DNA of 63,265 nucleotides, counting the filler, from Anaerolineae bacterium (GTDB taxonomy: Bacteria > Chloroflexota > Anaerolineae > Epilineales > Epilineaceae): NCBI GenBank assembly GCA_029262755.1. It is 6 parts of 6 records of this genome, joined end to end, with 100 filler letters (N's around TTAATTAATTAA, not from the genome) between each part and the next. Parts side by side here need not be neighbours in the genome. Positions count along the whole stretch, not along the records: positions 25,817 to 32,250 come from JAJCYU010000075.1; positions 32,351 to 36,606 come from JAJCYU010000076.1; positions 36,707 to 56,429 come from JAJCYU010000077.1; 3 more parts are not named here. One strand, given 5' to 3'. Below are positions 28,461 to 41,339 of this stretch, in pieces. Below the pieces are notes generated by a model that ran no database searches, was not told the origin of the DNA, and saw only the letters and a list, made by a program, of their open reading frames with translations. How positions within the stretch are numbered: position 1 is the stretch's first letter; every line of letters begins with the position of its first letter. The translations under genes were made by a program, and so were the position numbers.

Positions 28461-30145
28461 ATGGCCATGGCGGAGATGTTGAAGCGCGAGTTCGACCTAC
28501 TAGCGCTCGTTGTGCGGATGGACACGCGCAGCGGCGTGGCCGTGCGCTGTTCGTTGGAGGGGCACGAGGGAGGCGAGAAGGAGGTCGTGACGGAATGGTC
28601 GTGGCCACCCGAAGCCTTGGGGCTGCCCGACTCGCTTTCCGGCGCGGGACGGCGGGGGCGCGGTCGGGGTCCACGCGACCAACGATTCGAGTTGCCGGAC
28701 GAATTGCTCCAGGGCTTGCGGGCGTGGATGGAGCAGGAAGATCACGTCGGGCGGACGCTTTGGCTGCACCTCGCGCCGCCCAAGGGCTATCTGGCCGCGC
28801 TGCCGTGGGAGCGGCTGTTGCAACCGGCGATCGGAGCACCCGTGCTGCGTCTGCCGGACTTCTACCAGCGTCCGCCACGAGAGACGCCGCGTACGTTGAG
28901 CGTGGCGCTCTGCGGAAGCGCCCCGTTGGCCAAGGGGGCCTTCGGGCTCAGCCATCATCTGGCCAAGCTCGCCGCGGTGTACGCCGACGCGCCGCGCGAG
29001 AGTCGGCGGATCCACCTCTTCACGGATCGCGCCCATCACGGCGAGGTCAGCGAGCTTGCCGGGGCGAAAGCGGACGAGCTCGGCGCAACGCTCGTCGCCC
29101 ACGATCCCGAGGGCGCCGCGCGCTACGACATCCCCGACGCGACATCGAGGGTGGTGGATCCCGGCGGTCGGCTGGTGAACCCGTGGCTGCTGTGGATGCG
29201 CGATGCCCTGCGCGGCGAGAGCGTGGACGTGGTGCACCTCGTCGGCCACGGCTACCTATGGGGCGAGCGCGGCGCGTTGGCCTTCGCCGGATCGCCGTGG
29301 CACGAAGACGACCCCAGGTGGGCGCGCTTCGTCGGCGCCGAGGAGCTCCTCGCGTTCAGCACGCAGGTGGGCGCGTGGTCGATCGGCATGAGCTCGCCGC
29401 CCAAGAACGTCAGCCGCGTGGGCATGCGCCTCCTGGCCGATCGCCTGGCGGACCTGCGGCCCGGCCCCGTCTTGTTGCACGAACTGCGCGCCGATCCCGA
29501 GCTGTCCGCAATGCAGGCGGCAGTCGACTTTCTCTACGCACCCGGTCCCGGCCGGCCGCCCGCCTCCGACGCGCTCTCGCTGTGGTGTCAGCCCTACCGC
29601 GTGCGCACGGAGGTCGGCGCGAGCAGCGTGGAGGGCGGCGAAGCGTGGATCGCCGGCGGCGAGGCGAAGGAGAAGCGCATATTCCCCAGCATGTCACCGA
29701 GCGAATCCGGCGAGGCGCTTGAAGATGTCTACGCTACAAGCAAGGACGTACCCGGCTGGGTCGCAGCATCCGAGCGTTATGTCGAGCAGAGCGTGTTGCA
29801 GGTGGCTAAACAGGCCGAGGCAGGATCGCTGCCGAGCGATTTCGATCCCTCCGCCCTAGAGGGGCTGATCGGACGGCTCAAGCGGGCGGTGGCGGATGGG
29901 GCGAGCGGGAGTGATGAGGGGGGCGAGGGCGGGAGTGGAAGTGAGAGTAGGAGCGCGAGTGGGAGTCGGGGCGATGCGGACCGTGAAAGTGCAGGTAACG
30001 GTGAAGGTGAAGGAGGTGGTAGGGCCGAGGGTAAGAACGCGAGCGACGATGCGGAAACGTCGCCGGGCGATCGCGAAGCCACCGCCGACGAACGTCCTTC
30101 CGACGCAGCCGACGACGCCGCGTCGCCTCGCGACGGGAGGCGCGC

Positions 30146-30149
<4 letters not shown>
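28461..30149 (+). CDS. CHAT (caspase-HetF)-like protein, probably catalytically degenerate
   Basis: LAALPWERL and VDVVHLVGHG CHAT motifs; expected catalytic Cys strand reads AWSIGMSSP; acidic Gly/Ser tail. Confidence 0.6.
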
Positions 30150-31672
<1,523 letters not shown>

Positions 31673-31731
31673 CGCAGCGGCGCTCGATGTGACGCGAGCA
31701 CGGCAGGGAGCGATTGACACGTAGAACTCGA

Positions 31732-31786
31732 CGCCGACCGCAACAACCACAACGACCGCAACGACGACAACGACGACAACGACACC
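31732..31786 (+). repeat. Intergenic imperfect 9-bp tandem repeat (CAACGACGA-like)
   Basis: cgccgaccgcaacaaccacaacgaccgcaacgacgacaacgacgacaacgacacc. Confidence 0.75.
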
Positions 31787-31824
31787 GTATCCGGGCGTAC
31801 TGGATCTCGATGATGGAGGCGAAG

Positions 31825-32250
31825 ATGGCGAGCAGCTGGCCGGATCGATTGCAGATCAACGCGTGGACGGGCGGGGCTGAAGCGGAAGGCGCTGTCGCCG
31901 ACAGCGCGCGGGTGTGGGCCGAGACGAGCCACCTGCCCGATCGGCCCGCGCCGCTCGCGGCGGACGAGCCCGCGGACGAGCGAGATTGGTGGGATGCGCG
32001 CGTGGGCTGGGGCCTCGTGCTGCCCGACGACGATGCCATGTCCAACGACGACAAGGCCGTGGCGGCAGACGCACCGGCCGCGATCCAGCGCCTGCTCACG
32101 GCGCGGACGAAGCGCATTGCCGACATGGCGGCCGACGCTTCGATGGGAGCGCCCGTTCTTCGGTGGCGAGGCGATCTTGGCAGCGAGCGTCTACGCCGCC
32201 ACGACGTCGGCTTGCCTGCTCAGGACCTGGACCTCACCGCTTCCCGCCGC
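31825..32250 (+). CDS. N-terminus of a putative C25 (gingipain-like, clan CD) peptidase-family protein (partial)
   Basis: SD GGAGG; DWWDARVGWGLVLP...DAPAAIQRLL...APVLRW resembles N-termini of C25-like proteins found beside CHAT genes. The catalytic domain lies beyond the contig end. Confidence 0.45.
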
Positions 32251-32350
32251 NNNNNNNNNNNNNNNNNNNNNNNNNNNNNNNNNNNNNNNNNNNNTTAATT
32301 AATTAANNNNNNNNNNNNNNNNNNNNNNNNNNNNNNNNNNNNNNNNNNNN
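32251..32350. other. Artificial contig-joining spacer
   Basis: N44-TTAATTAATTAA-N44. Confidence 0.99.
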
Positions 32351-33767
32351 CGAGCAGCACCGAACGCAGCGCGCCCTCTTGCGCGGCCACGTGGTAGCGG
32401 TCCGCATCTCCGGCCAGCGCCCGCAGGTGCGGCGCATCGTGCGCGTCGCCATAGCCGATCGCGTGCAGCGTGACGCCGGCGGCGCGCATGCGCGCGGCGG
32501 TCTCCAACGCGGCGCTCGCCCCGGCCTGCTGACGCCCGTCGCTCAGCAGCACGACGAAGGTACGGCGGGGACGTTCCTCTCGCCGTGCGCGCTCGACGAT
32601 CTCGAGGGCAGCCTCCAAGCCGCGGTCGATGCGCGTGCCCTCGCGCCAGGTGATGCCGGCCACGGCGCGCGCGACCGCCGTCAGGTCGGTGGCAAGATCG
32701 ATCTCTACACGTGCCCGCTCGCCGAAGCTAACGATCGCAAGCCGGTCGTCGGGCAGGGCCAGGGCGCGGGCAAAAGCCATAGCGGCATCCTTCGCCTCCA
32801 CAAGCTTTGCGCCTGCCATACTCGAGGATGCATCGAGCACCAATACGACATCGGCGTGGACCGAGCGCGGTTTGTCCGTCTCTCGCAGCGTCAAAGGGAG
32901 GTAGACGAGGGATGGTGCGGGCGGCGGAGCCGGCGTCGTCGGCGCGCGCGTCGGGGTGGAGGTGGCCGTGTTTGTGGGTGCGGCGGTTGCGGACGGGGAG
33001 GACGTGGGGGTGGACGTCGCGGTTGCGGCTATGGTGGGAGAAGGCGAGGCGGTTGGGGGTGGGTACACGCCGCAGTTGATCTCGACAGCCCAGTTGTCGA
33101 TCGCCCCTATTAGGACATAACCGCCCGTGGTCGAGCTGTTGCTGCGCGTGAAGCCCAATGCGATCTCGCCCCCGCCGGCACTGAAGTCGGGATGCGCGTC
33201 GGGATCGCGGGTGACGCCGGGTAGGATCTCGGTGAAGTCGTCTGCTCGAAAAACGCGCGGACCCATGCGTTGCCAGTCGGCGGGCACGTAGGTCGGCCCG
33301 AGCGATGCGCCGTACGTACGCCCGTCTTGCCAGATCGCCAGCCCGGTGTTCTGGCCCTGGCCGAAGCCGCGCAGCACGAAGGCATCCTCCGCGTAGCAGA
33401 TCGCTTCGATGGCGCCCGCCTGCGCGGGATCGTAGGTGGCTCCGAGGAATCGATGCAGGCTGACGACACGCGGGACGTTGCGGGAGATGGCCGGCGGCAT
33501 CCGGTGCGTGACGACGCGGAACGCCCCGGGCGCTCCGCCGGCGGACCGGCGATCGATCTCGACCTGTACGCTGGAGTTGTTCGTCACAACCGTGTGCTGC
33601 CAGTCGGCCGCGACAAACTCACCGTCCTCCACCCGCATGCTCTGCTGTGCCGGGGCAGCGGCGATGAGCCCCAACGCCCCAAGCGCGACCGCCAACGTCC
33701 AGGTGGCGACCGCGCGCGGGCCACCGCGTTCGATCGCGCTTAGGTGTCTCGGATTGGGTGTCATCAT
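32351..33767 (-). CDS. Secreted protein: beta-rich N-domain, Pro/Thr linker, internal YLP motif, von Willebrand A domain (partial)
   Basis: Signal peptide; SLVYLPLTLRE; MIDAS DASSS, GTRI, LLSDG. Confidence 0.85.
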
Positions 33768-33972
33768 GCCCCTGTCGCTCCCGCTGCGTGCTGGAACCGC
33801 CCCCTTTTTTGGAGCACATCTCCTTCGTGAAGGGTAGCCCGACCCCAGAATGGTCCCAACGACCTGCTACGCAGCCGGCAAAGCGTGGATTGCCGGACGG
33901 AACCGGCTGGGCACATAGCACCGAAGGAGCCCGGCCACGGTGACCGGGCCCCCTCTTTATTGAGAGCGTGGC

Positions 33973-34506
33973 TCAGTCGGATGTGAGGGAGCCGGTGGGC
34001 TTTGTGGGCCCCTCTCCGCCTGTCCCCCAGTCGACGACAACCTGATCAGCAGTTCCCGTCCCCGCATCCAGCGTGTACTCGCCGTTGCTGTCCGTCGTGT
34101 CCGTGTCGAGCACGTTGTTGAAGCTGTCGAGGAGCGACACCGAGACGCCGGGCAGCGCGGTCGTGTCGTCGGCAAGCGTTCCGTAAAAGTTTGAGTCTGC
34201 CAGGCTGGGCAGGACGATGTTCACCTTCACGCCCTTCGTGTTCCCCGTGAATCCCCAGTCCCCGTTGCTGTCCGTGGTATCCGTGTCCAGCTCCCCGTCC
34301 GCCGCATCCAACAACGCGACCGCGGCACCTACGACAGGGTCGGGCCCGGTCGCCTGCGCGTCGATCGGCCTCAAGGCGAACGTGAGCGCCATCGCGGTGA
34401 TCAGTACCAACGGCGCGAGCGACGGATGTCGGAGCGCGCGTCGGGCGTGTGATAGCCGGATGTGGGCCCTATTGAATCCAACGAAACTCATCCTCGGTTG
34501 GCTCAT
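33973..34506 (-). CDS. Small secreted protein with duplicated SdrD-B/CnaB-like segment
   Basis: SD AAGGGAG; signal ending AQA; VALLDAADGELDTDTTDSNGDWGF and VSLLDSFNNVLDTDTTDSNGEYTL. Confidence 0.7.
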   Translation of the reverse strand: MSQPRMSFVGFNRAHIRLSHARRALRHPSLAPLVLITAMALTFALRPIDAQATGPDPVVGAAVALLDAADGELDTDTTDSNGDWGFTGNTKGVKVNIVLPSLADSNFYGTLADDTTALPGVSVSLLDSFNNVLDTDTTDSNGEYTLDAGTGTADQVVVDWGTGGEGPTKPTGSLTSD

Positions 34507-34764
34507 GGCAGCGACTCCCTTGGGTGGTCGGACAGCGCACGATGTACCGTCCCTTTGGTCTCTACAGCAGGATACGCAGCCACCGTTGCAAGAGCGTTCG
34601 CCCTGCACTGAATTCGAGCGGACGCGTTCTCGGGAACGACACGGAATCTTCTTGGAATGCTGCTGTTGCCACCTGAGTCGTCCTCGCATGTAGCCCTAGT
34701 GTGTCTGTACCCTCGTCCGTACACGGCGCGCCTCGGCGCTTTTGCACCCTAGGGGCAGCACGAC

Positions 34765-36606
34765 ATGGTGATCCCACAGCCGGGTGCTCGATCCCACGCT
34801 CACGACACGTGCATCCGCGGCGTAGCCACGATCGTCGCGGCCGCGTGCTGCGTCGCGCTTGGCGTTGGGGTTTCGGCGTCTCGTACGGACGCCCACGAAA
34901 CGGACTCGCCGCGCACCGCGCAGACCGCGGATCTGCCCGCGCCGTTCTCCGGCGCGCTGGGCGGAGCAACGACTGCCATTGCCGTGGATGGCGCGAACTG
35001 GATCGCAGCGCGCGGTGTGCGGGTTGCGCGAATCACGCCGGTGGATGGGCGCATCGAGCACGTCGCCTCTTCCCGGCCGTTGGATGGCATGGTGGCGCAT
35101 GTCGCCGTCGCGGGTGATCGTGCCGTGGCGCTCACCGACGGCGGTGCGTGGACGCTCGATCTCTCGGAGCGCGAGGCAGCGCCCAGGCTCGTCGGGTGGA
35201 TCGCGCTGCGGCAGAACGAGCAGCCGATGGGGGTGCGTATCGTCGGCAACCGCGCCTGGCTGGCGCTGGGTGACGGCGGGATCGTCGTGCTCGACATCGC
35301 AGATATGCTGGAGCCGCGGAGGGCCGCGCACGTTGCGGTCGCTTCCCGCGCAATTGGCGTCGCGGCGCGCGAGGACCTCGTTGCGTTCACCACCTCAACC
35401 ACGTGCGCTCTGCAGCCGACGGACCCTCCGGGCAACCTCGTCCTCTTAGATCCGCGGGACGCGTCGCCCTCTCGCATCGGAACGCTCACGATCAGCTCGT
35501 GCGCGCCCGCGCTTGCGCTCGACGGCGACCGGCTGTGGCTGCTCGACGGTCGCAACGGCCTGGCGGCGATCGACATCGCGGACCCGCGCATGCCACGCTT
35601 GCTTGGACACGGCACGTATGCCACGGACACAAGCGGTTTTCGGCATCCGGTTTGGCTCGGTGTTCATCGCGGCTGCGCGGTCATTGGCTTCCCTCATGGC
35701 GCCGTAGAAAGGCAATGTGAGGGCGAAGAACCGGGGCCGCGCGGTGTCGTGCTCCCGGGGCACGGCCCCGTGACCAGCGCCGCGCTCCTCGGCGACACCC
35801 TCGTGCTCAGCGGTCCAGGAGCGGGCGTGCGGACGCTGGACATCGGCCCGGATGCCGAGGCAGCAACGGTCCCGAATGCGGGTTGGGAGCCGACCATTTT
35901 TCCGGGCCGTCGCATTGGCGTGCACGGCGACACCCTCTGGCTCGGCGCCGGCGCCGCTGGACGGTCGTTCTACCGCGCCACCACGATACAGGGCGGCGTG
36001 TGGCGCCTCGACGTGCGCGATCCGGCAGCCCCGGTTCCGTTGGCCGGCGAACCCTTTATCGGCGAGGTCTATCCGGACGATCTGGCAATCGCGGATGACC
36101 GTGTGTACATCTACCCCGACATGTGGCGGGTCCGGGTCCTGAACGCACTGGACGGCGCCACGCTCGGATTCATCAAACCTGAAATCTTTCCGATCCAGCT
36201 TCGCCCCACCTCCCAGGCGCTCATTGCCGAGACTCTAGGCGACCTGCTGGTCTATGGACCGCTCGGTCCCGACGAGCAATCGCGAATCGGCGCGGCTCCC
36301 GGCACCAGGAACCCACGCAGAGGCGCGGAGTACTATGCAGCAGCATTCGACAACGTCGTCGTCGCTTTCGACGGCCTCACGGTAGACGAATGGGACGTCG
36401 CGGATCTCGCCAATCCGGTGCACCGGCGATCGTGGCCTTTGGCAGCCCGAGGCGTCGCGGTGACGAAGCGATTCATCTTCCAGCTCGACGCCGCCGGCCT
36501 GCACGTCTTTGATCGCTTGGATCCGGCGCGCAGCGAGCTCGGCTTCATCGATCTCGATACGAGGCGCGGAATAATCCGTTCCCTGATCGCCACCGACGAC
36601 ACCGTC
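34765..36606 (+). CDS. LVIVD-repeat (beta-propeller) secreted protein (partial)
   Basis: Signal peptide; repeats GIVVLDIADMLEPRR, GLAAIDIADPRMPRL, VWRLDVRDPAAPV, WDVADLANPV. Confidence 0.8.
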
Positions 36607-36706
36607 NNNNNNNNNNNNNNNNNNNNNNNNNNNNNNNNNNNNNNNNNNNNTTAATTAATTAANNNNNNNNNNNNNNNNNNNNNNNNNNNNNNNNNNNNNN
36701 NNNNNN
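36607..36706. other. Artificial contig-joining spacer
   Basis: N44-TTAATTAATTAA-N44. Confidence 0.99.
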
Positions 36707-36815
36707 GGTCGCACACCTTGTGGGGGCCGGTAGGGGGGACAGCGCAGCGCCCGTTCCACCGTGCACGCAGAGGTTCACATCTCGGTCACCGAGCACGAGT
36801 CTTGCGTCGCCCCCC

Positions 36816-38120
36816 TCACGACCCCCGCTTCACCACCGGCAACAGAATCCGCATTGCACTCCCGCCCGGCTGCGCCGTTCGCGCAGGCGTCGGGGTGCCG
36901 GACGATTGCGTGGCCTCCGGCGCGCGCGTTGGGGTGCCGGTGTCCACGCTCGTCGGAGAGCTCGTCACCGTGCGCGTGGGTCGTGGCGTATCGGTTGGTC
37001 CCGGCGTGGCCGATATCGCGACGGTCGGCGTGTTCGGCACGACGGTCGGTTCAACCGTGCGCGTCGGCCGGCGGGTCGCCGTGGGCCTCGGTGTAGCCGT
37101 GGGGGTGGCCGTGCCGGTCGGCCGACGTGTCGGCGATGGCACCGCGACCGTCGCGGTGGTCGTCGCGGTGGTCGTCATCGTCGCCGTCGTGCTCACCGCC
37201 ATCGTGGCCGTCACGGTCGCGGTGGTTGTTACGGTCGCGGTGGCTGCCACGGTTGCGGTGGTTGTTACGGTCGCGGTAGTTGTCACAGTCGCTGAAGCTA
37301 TGACGGTGGCCGTGCTAGTGCCTGTGACCGTCGCCGTCGCGCTACCCGTGACCGTCGCCGTCGGCGTTGTGGTGGCCGCAATCTGCGTTGGGGTCGGCGT
37401 CATCGTCGCCGCGATCTGCGTTTGGGTCGGTGTCGTCGTCGCCGCGATCTGCGTCTGGGTCGGCGTCGTCGTGGCCGCGATCTGCGTTTGGGTCGGCGTC
37501 GTCGTGGCCGCGATCTGCGTTTGCGTCGGTGTCAGTGTTACCGTTGGTGTGCGGAACTGCGGTGGGATCCAGGTGGGCGATGGAGTGCGGGTGGGCGCCT
37601 CTTCGGCGCAGGGCGGGAGGTCGCAGACGAAGTGGAAGGTCACGGCATCGCCCACGAACACGTCTTCGATGCGGCGATCGCTTTCCAGCCGAACGCCAGG
37701 AGGCAGGTTCCAGGTCTGGATCGACACGAACCACGGCCGGGCGGGGTTTAGTTCGAAGAAGAAGGCCTCGCCGTCCACCGTATCAGTGACGTACGTCGTG
37801 GGTCCCGTGCCGGGATCTTGGATGCCGGCGTTGGCCTGCAACGTCATCGTGTAGATCGTCTCGGTCATCCCGTGCGTGCCGGAGATCATGGTGCACGCTT
37901 GAATCGTGCCGGAGATGTCGGCAATACCGTCCGCGCACGGATTGACGCCGATGTCTGGTTGCGCCGCGGCCGGCAGCATCGCGGGCGTACCAGCGACGAA
38001 CGCGGCCATCGCGAGCGCAGCGACGATCGCCCATAGCTGGCGCGGACCGGTCCGAGACCGAGTGTCCGGCTCGCTCTCGGGTGGTCGGCCAAGGGAAGGT
38101 ACCGTAGGCAGAGAATTCAT
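36816..38120 (-). CDS. Secreted protein with small Cys-containing head, long Thr/Pro stalk and C-terminal LPxxxR motif
   Basis: Signal LWAIVAALAMAAFVAG...AAA; Thr-rich repeats; ends MRILLPVVKRGS. Confidence 0.75.
   Translation of the reverse strand: MNSLPTVPSLGRPPESEPDTRSRTGPRQLWAIVAALAMAAFVAGTPAMLPAAAQPDIGVNPCADGIADISGTIQACTMISGTHGMTETIYTMTLQANAGIQDPGTGPTTYVTDTVDGEAFFFELNPARPWFVSIQTWNLPPGVRLESDRRIEDVFVGDAVTFHFVCDLPPCAEEAPTRTPSPTWIPPQFRTPTVTLTPTQTQIAATTTPTQTQIAATTTPTQTQIAATTTPTQTQIAATMTPTPTQIAATTTPTATVTGSATATVTGTSTATVIASATVTTTATVTTTATVAATATVTTTATVTATMAVSTTATMTTTATTTATVAVPSPTRRPTGTATPTATPRPTATRRPTRTVEPTVVPNTPTVAISATPGPTDTPRPTRTVTSSPTSVDTGTPTRAPEATQSSGTPTPARTAQPGGSAMRILLPVVKRGS
37362..37530 (-). 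repeat. 33-bp coding tandem repeat x5 (PTQTQIAATTT)
   Basis: Unit gccgcgatctgcgtttgggtcggcgtcgtcgtg repeated contiguously. Confidence 0.9.
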
Positions 38121-38238
38121 GGCGCGATCGTACACCAGACCGGTCGACGAGTGGTCCTACCGTTTGCGGTTCGTGCACGAGCAATTTGTCCGTCCACTCC
38201 GGCGCTAGCCCCGAAGCCCACACTAGGAGCCCCTTCCC

Positions 38239-38973
38239 ATGAAGGACTACCGCCCATCGATGTCCTTCGGCCCCGACTCCGCCGCCCAGTACGACGAGGT
38301 CGAGCAGCGCGGCGACGAAGAAGCGGCCGCCGCCTTCCTCGCCGCGCTGGCCGGCGACGGCGCCGCGCTCGAGCTCGCGATCGGCACGGGGCGCATCGCG
38401 CTGCCGCTCGCGGAGCACGGGGTTCGCGTCGACGGCATCGATTTCTCGCCCGATATGATCGCCCAGCTGCGCGCCAAGCCCGGCGGCGAGCGGATCGCGG
38501 TCACCGAGGGCGACTTCGCGGACGTGGATGTGGCCGGCAGCTACCGCCTGATCTACGTGGTCTTCAACACGCTGTTCAACCTGCTGAGCCAGGAAGAGCA
38601 GGTCCGCTGCTTCGAAAACGTCGCCCGCCACCTCACCGCGGACGGTTGCTTCGTAGTGGAGGCCTTCACGCCGGCCTTCCTGATCCGGTTGCAGGACAAT
38701 CAGTACGTCAACGCCGAGGCCGTCGAGGTCGACCGCGTGCGGCTCGACGTGCTCCGCCACGACATGGCGACGCAGACGATCGAGGAGAGCCATGTGACCA
38801 TCACCGCCGACGGCGTGCGCCTGGCTCCCGTCGTCCAACGTTATGCGTGGCCCAGCGAGCTCGACCTCATGGCACGCGTCGCAGGACTACGCCTCAAGGA
38901 GCGTTGGGCCGGCTGGACCCGCGAGCCTTTCACGTCCGACAGCGGGAATTGCGTCTCCGTGTACGGGCGGTGA
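38239..38973 (+). CDS. Class I SAM-dependent methyltransferase
   Basis: Motif I ALELAIGTGR, GIDFSPDM, EGDF, VFNTLFNL. Confidence 0.92.
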   Translation: MKDYRPSMSFGPDSAAQYDEVEQRGDEEAAAAFLAALAGDGAALELAIGTGRIALPLAEHGVRVDGIDFSPDMIAQLRAKPGGERIAVTEGDFADVDVAGSYRLIYVVFNTLFNLLSQEEQVRCFENVARHLTADGCFVVEAFTPAFLIRLQDNQYVNAEAVEVDRVRLDVLRHDMATQTIEESHVTITADGVRLAPVVQRYAWPSELDLMARVAGLRLKERWAGWTREPFTSDSGNCVSVYGR

Positions 38974-39164
38974 GCGAGCGCATGCCGCGGCTCCATTCCC
39001 ACGCCGACAGAGTCCACCCCTGAGCTGTGACGGGCATCACGGCAACCGCCCTCCTACCCGCCCTAGACTGTCCTTAGAGGCGCGCGCATGCGTTGCGCCG
39101 GGGCATCGGCACCACGCCGCGACGCGCTTCCTTGAACCCTGTTGGAGCGTGTTGGAGGTGAAGC

Positions 39165-40424
39165 ATGAAGACGTGGACCGGTTTGGGCTTGTTCTTTGGA
39201 TTGATGAGCGGCTTGGTATGGGCGATGACGGGGGACGTGAACACGGCACAGGCGGAACCCGAGGCCGGACGCTTCAAGGTGCACCGGCTTTCCTCGGATC
39301 GCGACATCCGGGACATTGCGGTGGCCGACCTGGACGGTGACGGCGACATGGATGTCATCGGCATCCAGCCTACACGTCGCCTGGTCCTCATGTGGGAGAA
39401 CCTCGGCGATGGTCGTACGTGGCGTAAGCACGCCATTCAGCGGCGGCCAATCAGAGCGTACGGCATCCAGCCGGCCGATCTCGACGGCGACGGCGCAACC
39501 GAGCTGTTGCTGCTCGTGGACGAGGCGTTACAGGCCTTCCGCTATGACGCGGAAGACGGGATGTCGGGCGAGCCATTCGCTTTGCTACGCAACCCTGGGT
39601 TGAGGCTGGAGGCATCGGGGGACTTGGACGGGCGCGCGGGTGAGGAGATCCTTACGCACGACTGGCAGGCCGACGAATTGTTCGTGCTGCGCACGCTCTT
39701 CGGGGGCGAGGCGCAGGAGGGCGAGGCGGAGCTGGATCTGTCGCCATTTGTGGACGTCGCCGGCGACCAAATCGACGCCAAGCGTGGAACGCTGGCCGAC
39801 ATGGATGGCGATGGCCGAATCGACCTGGTTACGCTGCGCGAGTCGCCGAAACGGCTACGGTGGCTGCGCCAGGACGAGCACGGCGCCTTCCTCACGCAGC
39901 CTTCGCGCACGATCCCAGTTGGGAGTCACTCGCTCCTTGAGGCAGGCGACGTCGATCGGGATGGCGACATGGACCTCTTCTTGGCCGGCAAGAGGCAGAA
40001 GTTCACACTCGAGCTGGCTTTCAACGACGGCACGGGCGGCCTAGCGGTGGAACGCTCGGACCTGTGGCCGCCCAACATCAGCGCCTGGGACCTGGAACCG
40101 GCCGACATCGACGGCGACGGCGACGCGGACTTCGTCGGAATGCGGATGGAGGGTTTGGTGTGGCTCGAGAACCCGGCCGATGCGCCCCCAACCCCGACCG
40201 CACTGCCGACCTACACGGCAAGCCCCGTCCCTCCGACGGCCACCGCGATCCCAACGGCCACCGCGCCGCCAACACCAACGCCCACGCAACGCCCGGAACC
40301 GACGTCGAAGGTACCGACGCCGCCGGCGACGGCGACGGCGACGGCGACCGTGACCGCGACGGCGACCGTGCGCGACATTGCAGACATGCCGTCCGCGCTA
40401 TACGTACCCCTGGCCATGCGATAG
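39165..40424 (+). CDS. Secreted FG-GAP/VCBS repeat protein with Pro/Thr linker and C-terminal YVPxxxR motif
   Basis: Signal ending AQA; multiple ADLDGDGDMD-type repeats; ends ALYVPLAMR; SD GGAGG. Confidence 0.85.
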   Translation: MKTWTGLGLFFGLMSGLVWAMTGDVNTAQAEPEAGRFKVHRLSSDRDIRDIAVADLDGDGDMDVIGIQPTRRLVLMWENLGDGRTWRKHAIQRRPIRAYGIQPADLDGDGATELLLLVDEALQAFRYDAEDGMSGEPFALLRNPGLRLEASGDLDGRAGEEILTHDWQADELFVLRTLFGGEAQEGEAELDLSPFVDVAGDQIDAKRGTLADMDGDGRIDLVTLRESPKRLRWLRQDEHGAFLTQPSRTIPVGSHSLLEAGDVDRDGDMDLFLAGKRQKFTLELAFNDGTGGLAVERSDLWPPNISAWDLEPADIDGDGDADFVGMRMEGLVWLENPADAPPTPTALPTYTASPVPPTATAIPTATAPPTPTPTQRPEPTSKVPTPPATATATATVTATATVRDIADMPSALYVPLAMR

Positions 40425-40638
40425 GCGCGCCGTAGCGCTGCTTCCGCCGGCCAGACGCATCGCGATTGCGCTCAGTACATGCCGGTCCGGAGCGCAATCG
40501 TCTACCATTTCCTCGTCGAGGCGAACCCGCTCTGCCGCGTACCACGCGATCTCGCGGCTTGCGGCCTAGCCCGCCTCGAGTTCCACCCCGCGACACGCCA
40601 TCCCCACACCACCCAATCGCCCACCAAGGAGATCCCCC

Positions 40639-41217
40639 ATGGCCACCATCCGCGACGGATCCAAAGGCGCGCTCGTTGTCGTCGACGTGCAGGTCGGCGT
40701 CGTGAAGGACGCGTGGGAAGCGCCGCGCGTCATCGGCAACGTCGCGCGTGCCGTCGAACGTGCGCGCGCCGCGAACCTGCCCGTGATCTGGGTTCAGCAT
40801 GCCGACGACCAGTTGGCGCACGGCAGCGATGCCTGGCAGTGGGTTCCCGAGCTTGTGCCCGCGGAGGGTGAGACGCGCATCCACAAGAACTTCAACTCAT
40901 CGTTCGAGGGCACGGAACTCGAGGCGGAACTCGCGCGGCTCGGCGCAAGCCACATCGCCCTTGCCGGCGCGGCAACCAACTGGTGCATCCGCGCCACCGC
41001 ATATGGTGCCCTGGACCGCGGCTACGACGTGACGCTGATCGAGGACGCGCACACCACAGAGACGATGGAGTTTCAAGACGGTTCGCGCATCGAGGCATCC
41101 GACGTCATTCGGGAGCTCAACATCGCGCTGAAGTGGCTGAGCTATCCCGATCGCTCCAACGCCACGGCCACTGCCGACGCCATCGACTTCGCGGGGATGG
41201 CCGGCGCGGGAGCGTAG
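40639..41217 (+). CDS. Isochorismatase-family cysteine hydrolase
   Basis: ALVVVDVQ (Asp), IHKNFNSSF (Lys), ATNWCIRAT (Cys), DAHTT. Confidence 0.92.
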   Translation: MATIRDGSKGALVVVDVQVGVVKDAWEAPRVIGNVARAVERARAANLPVIWVQHADDQLAHGSDAWQWVPELVPAEGETRIHKNFNSSFEGTELEAELARLGASHIALAGAATNWCIRATAYGALDRGYDVTLIEDAHTTETMEFQDGSRIEASDVIRELNIALKWLSYPDRSNATATADAIDFAGMAGAGA

Positions 41218-41339
41218 GTCAAACGGGGATCGACCGCCCGAGGAAGAACGCGCCCACCGTTGCGTGCGGCACAGGGTTTCGATATAACAAATACGGGGAA
41301 GGTGCTTGAAATAGGGGGGGAACCAGTTCGGGGGATTGC

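Noticed and set aside
37362..37530. 33-bp repeats as a CRISPR array
   Set aside because: Units are contiguous with no spacers, lie in frame in a Thr-rich CDS, and no cas genes are present.
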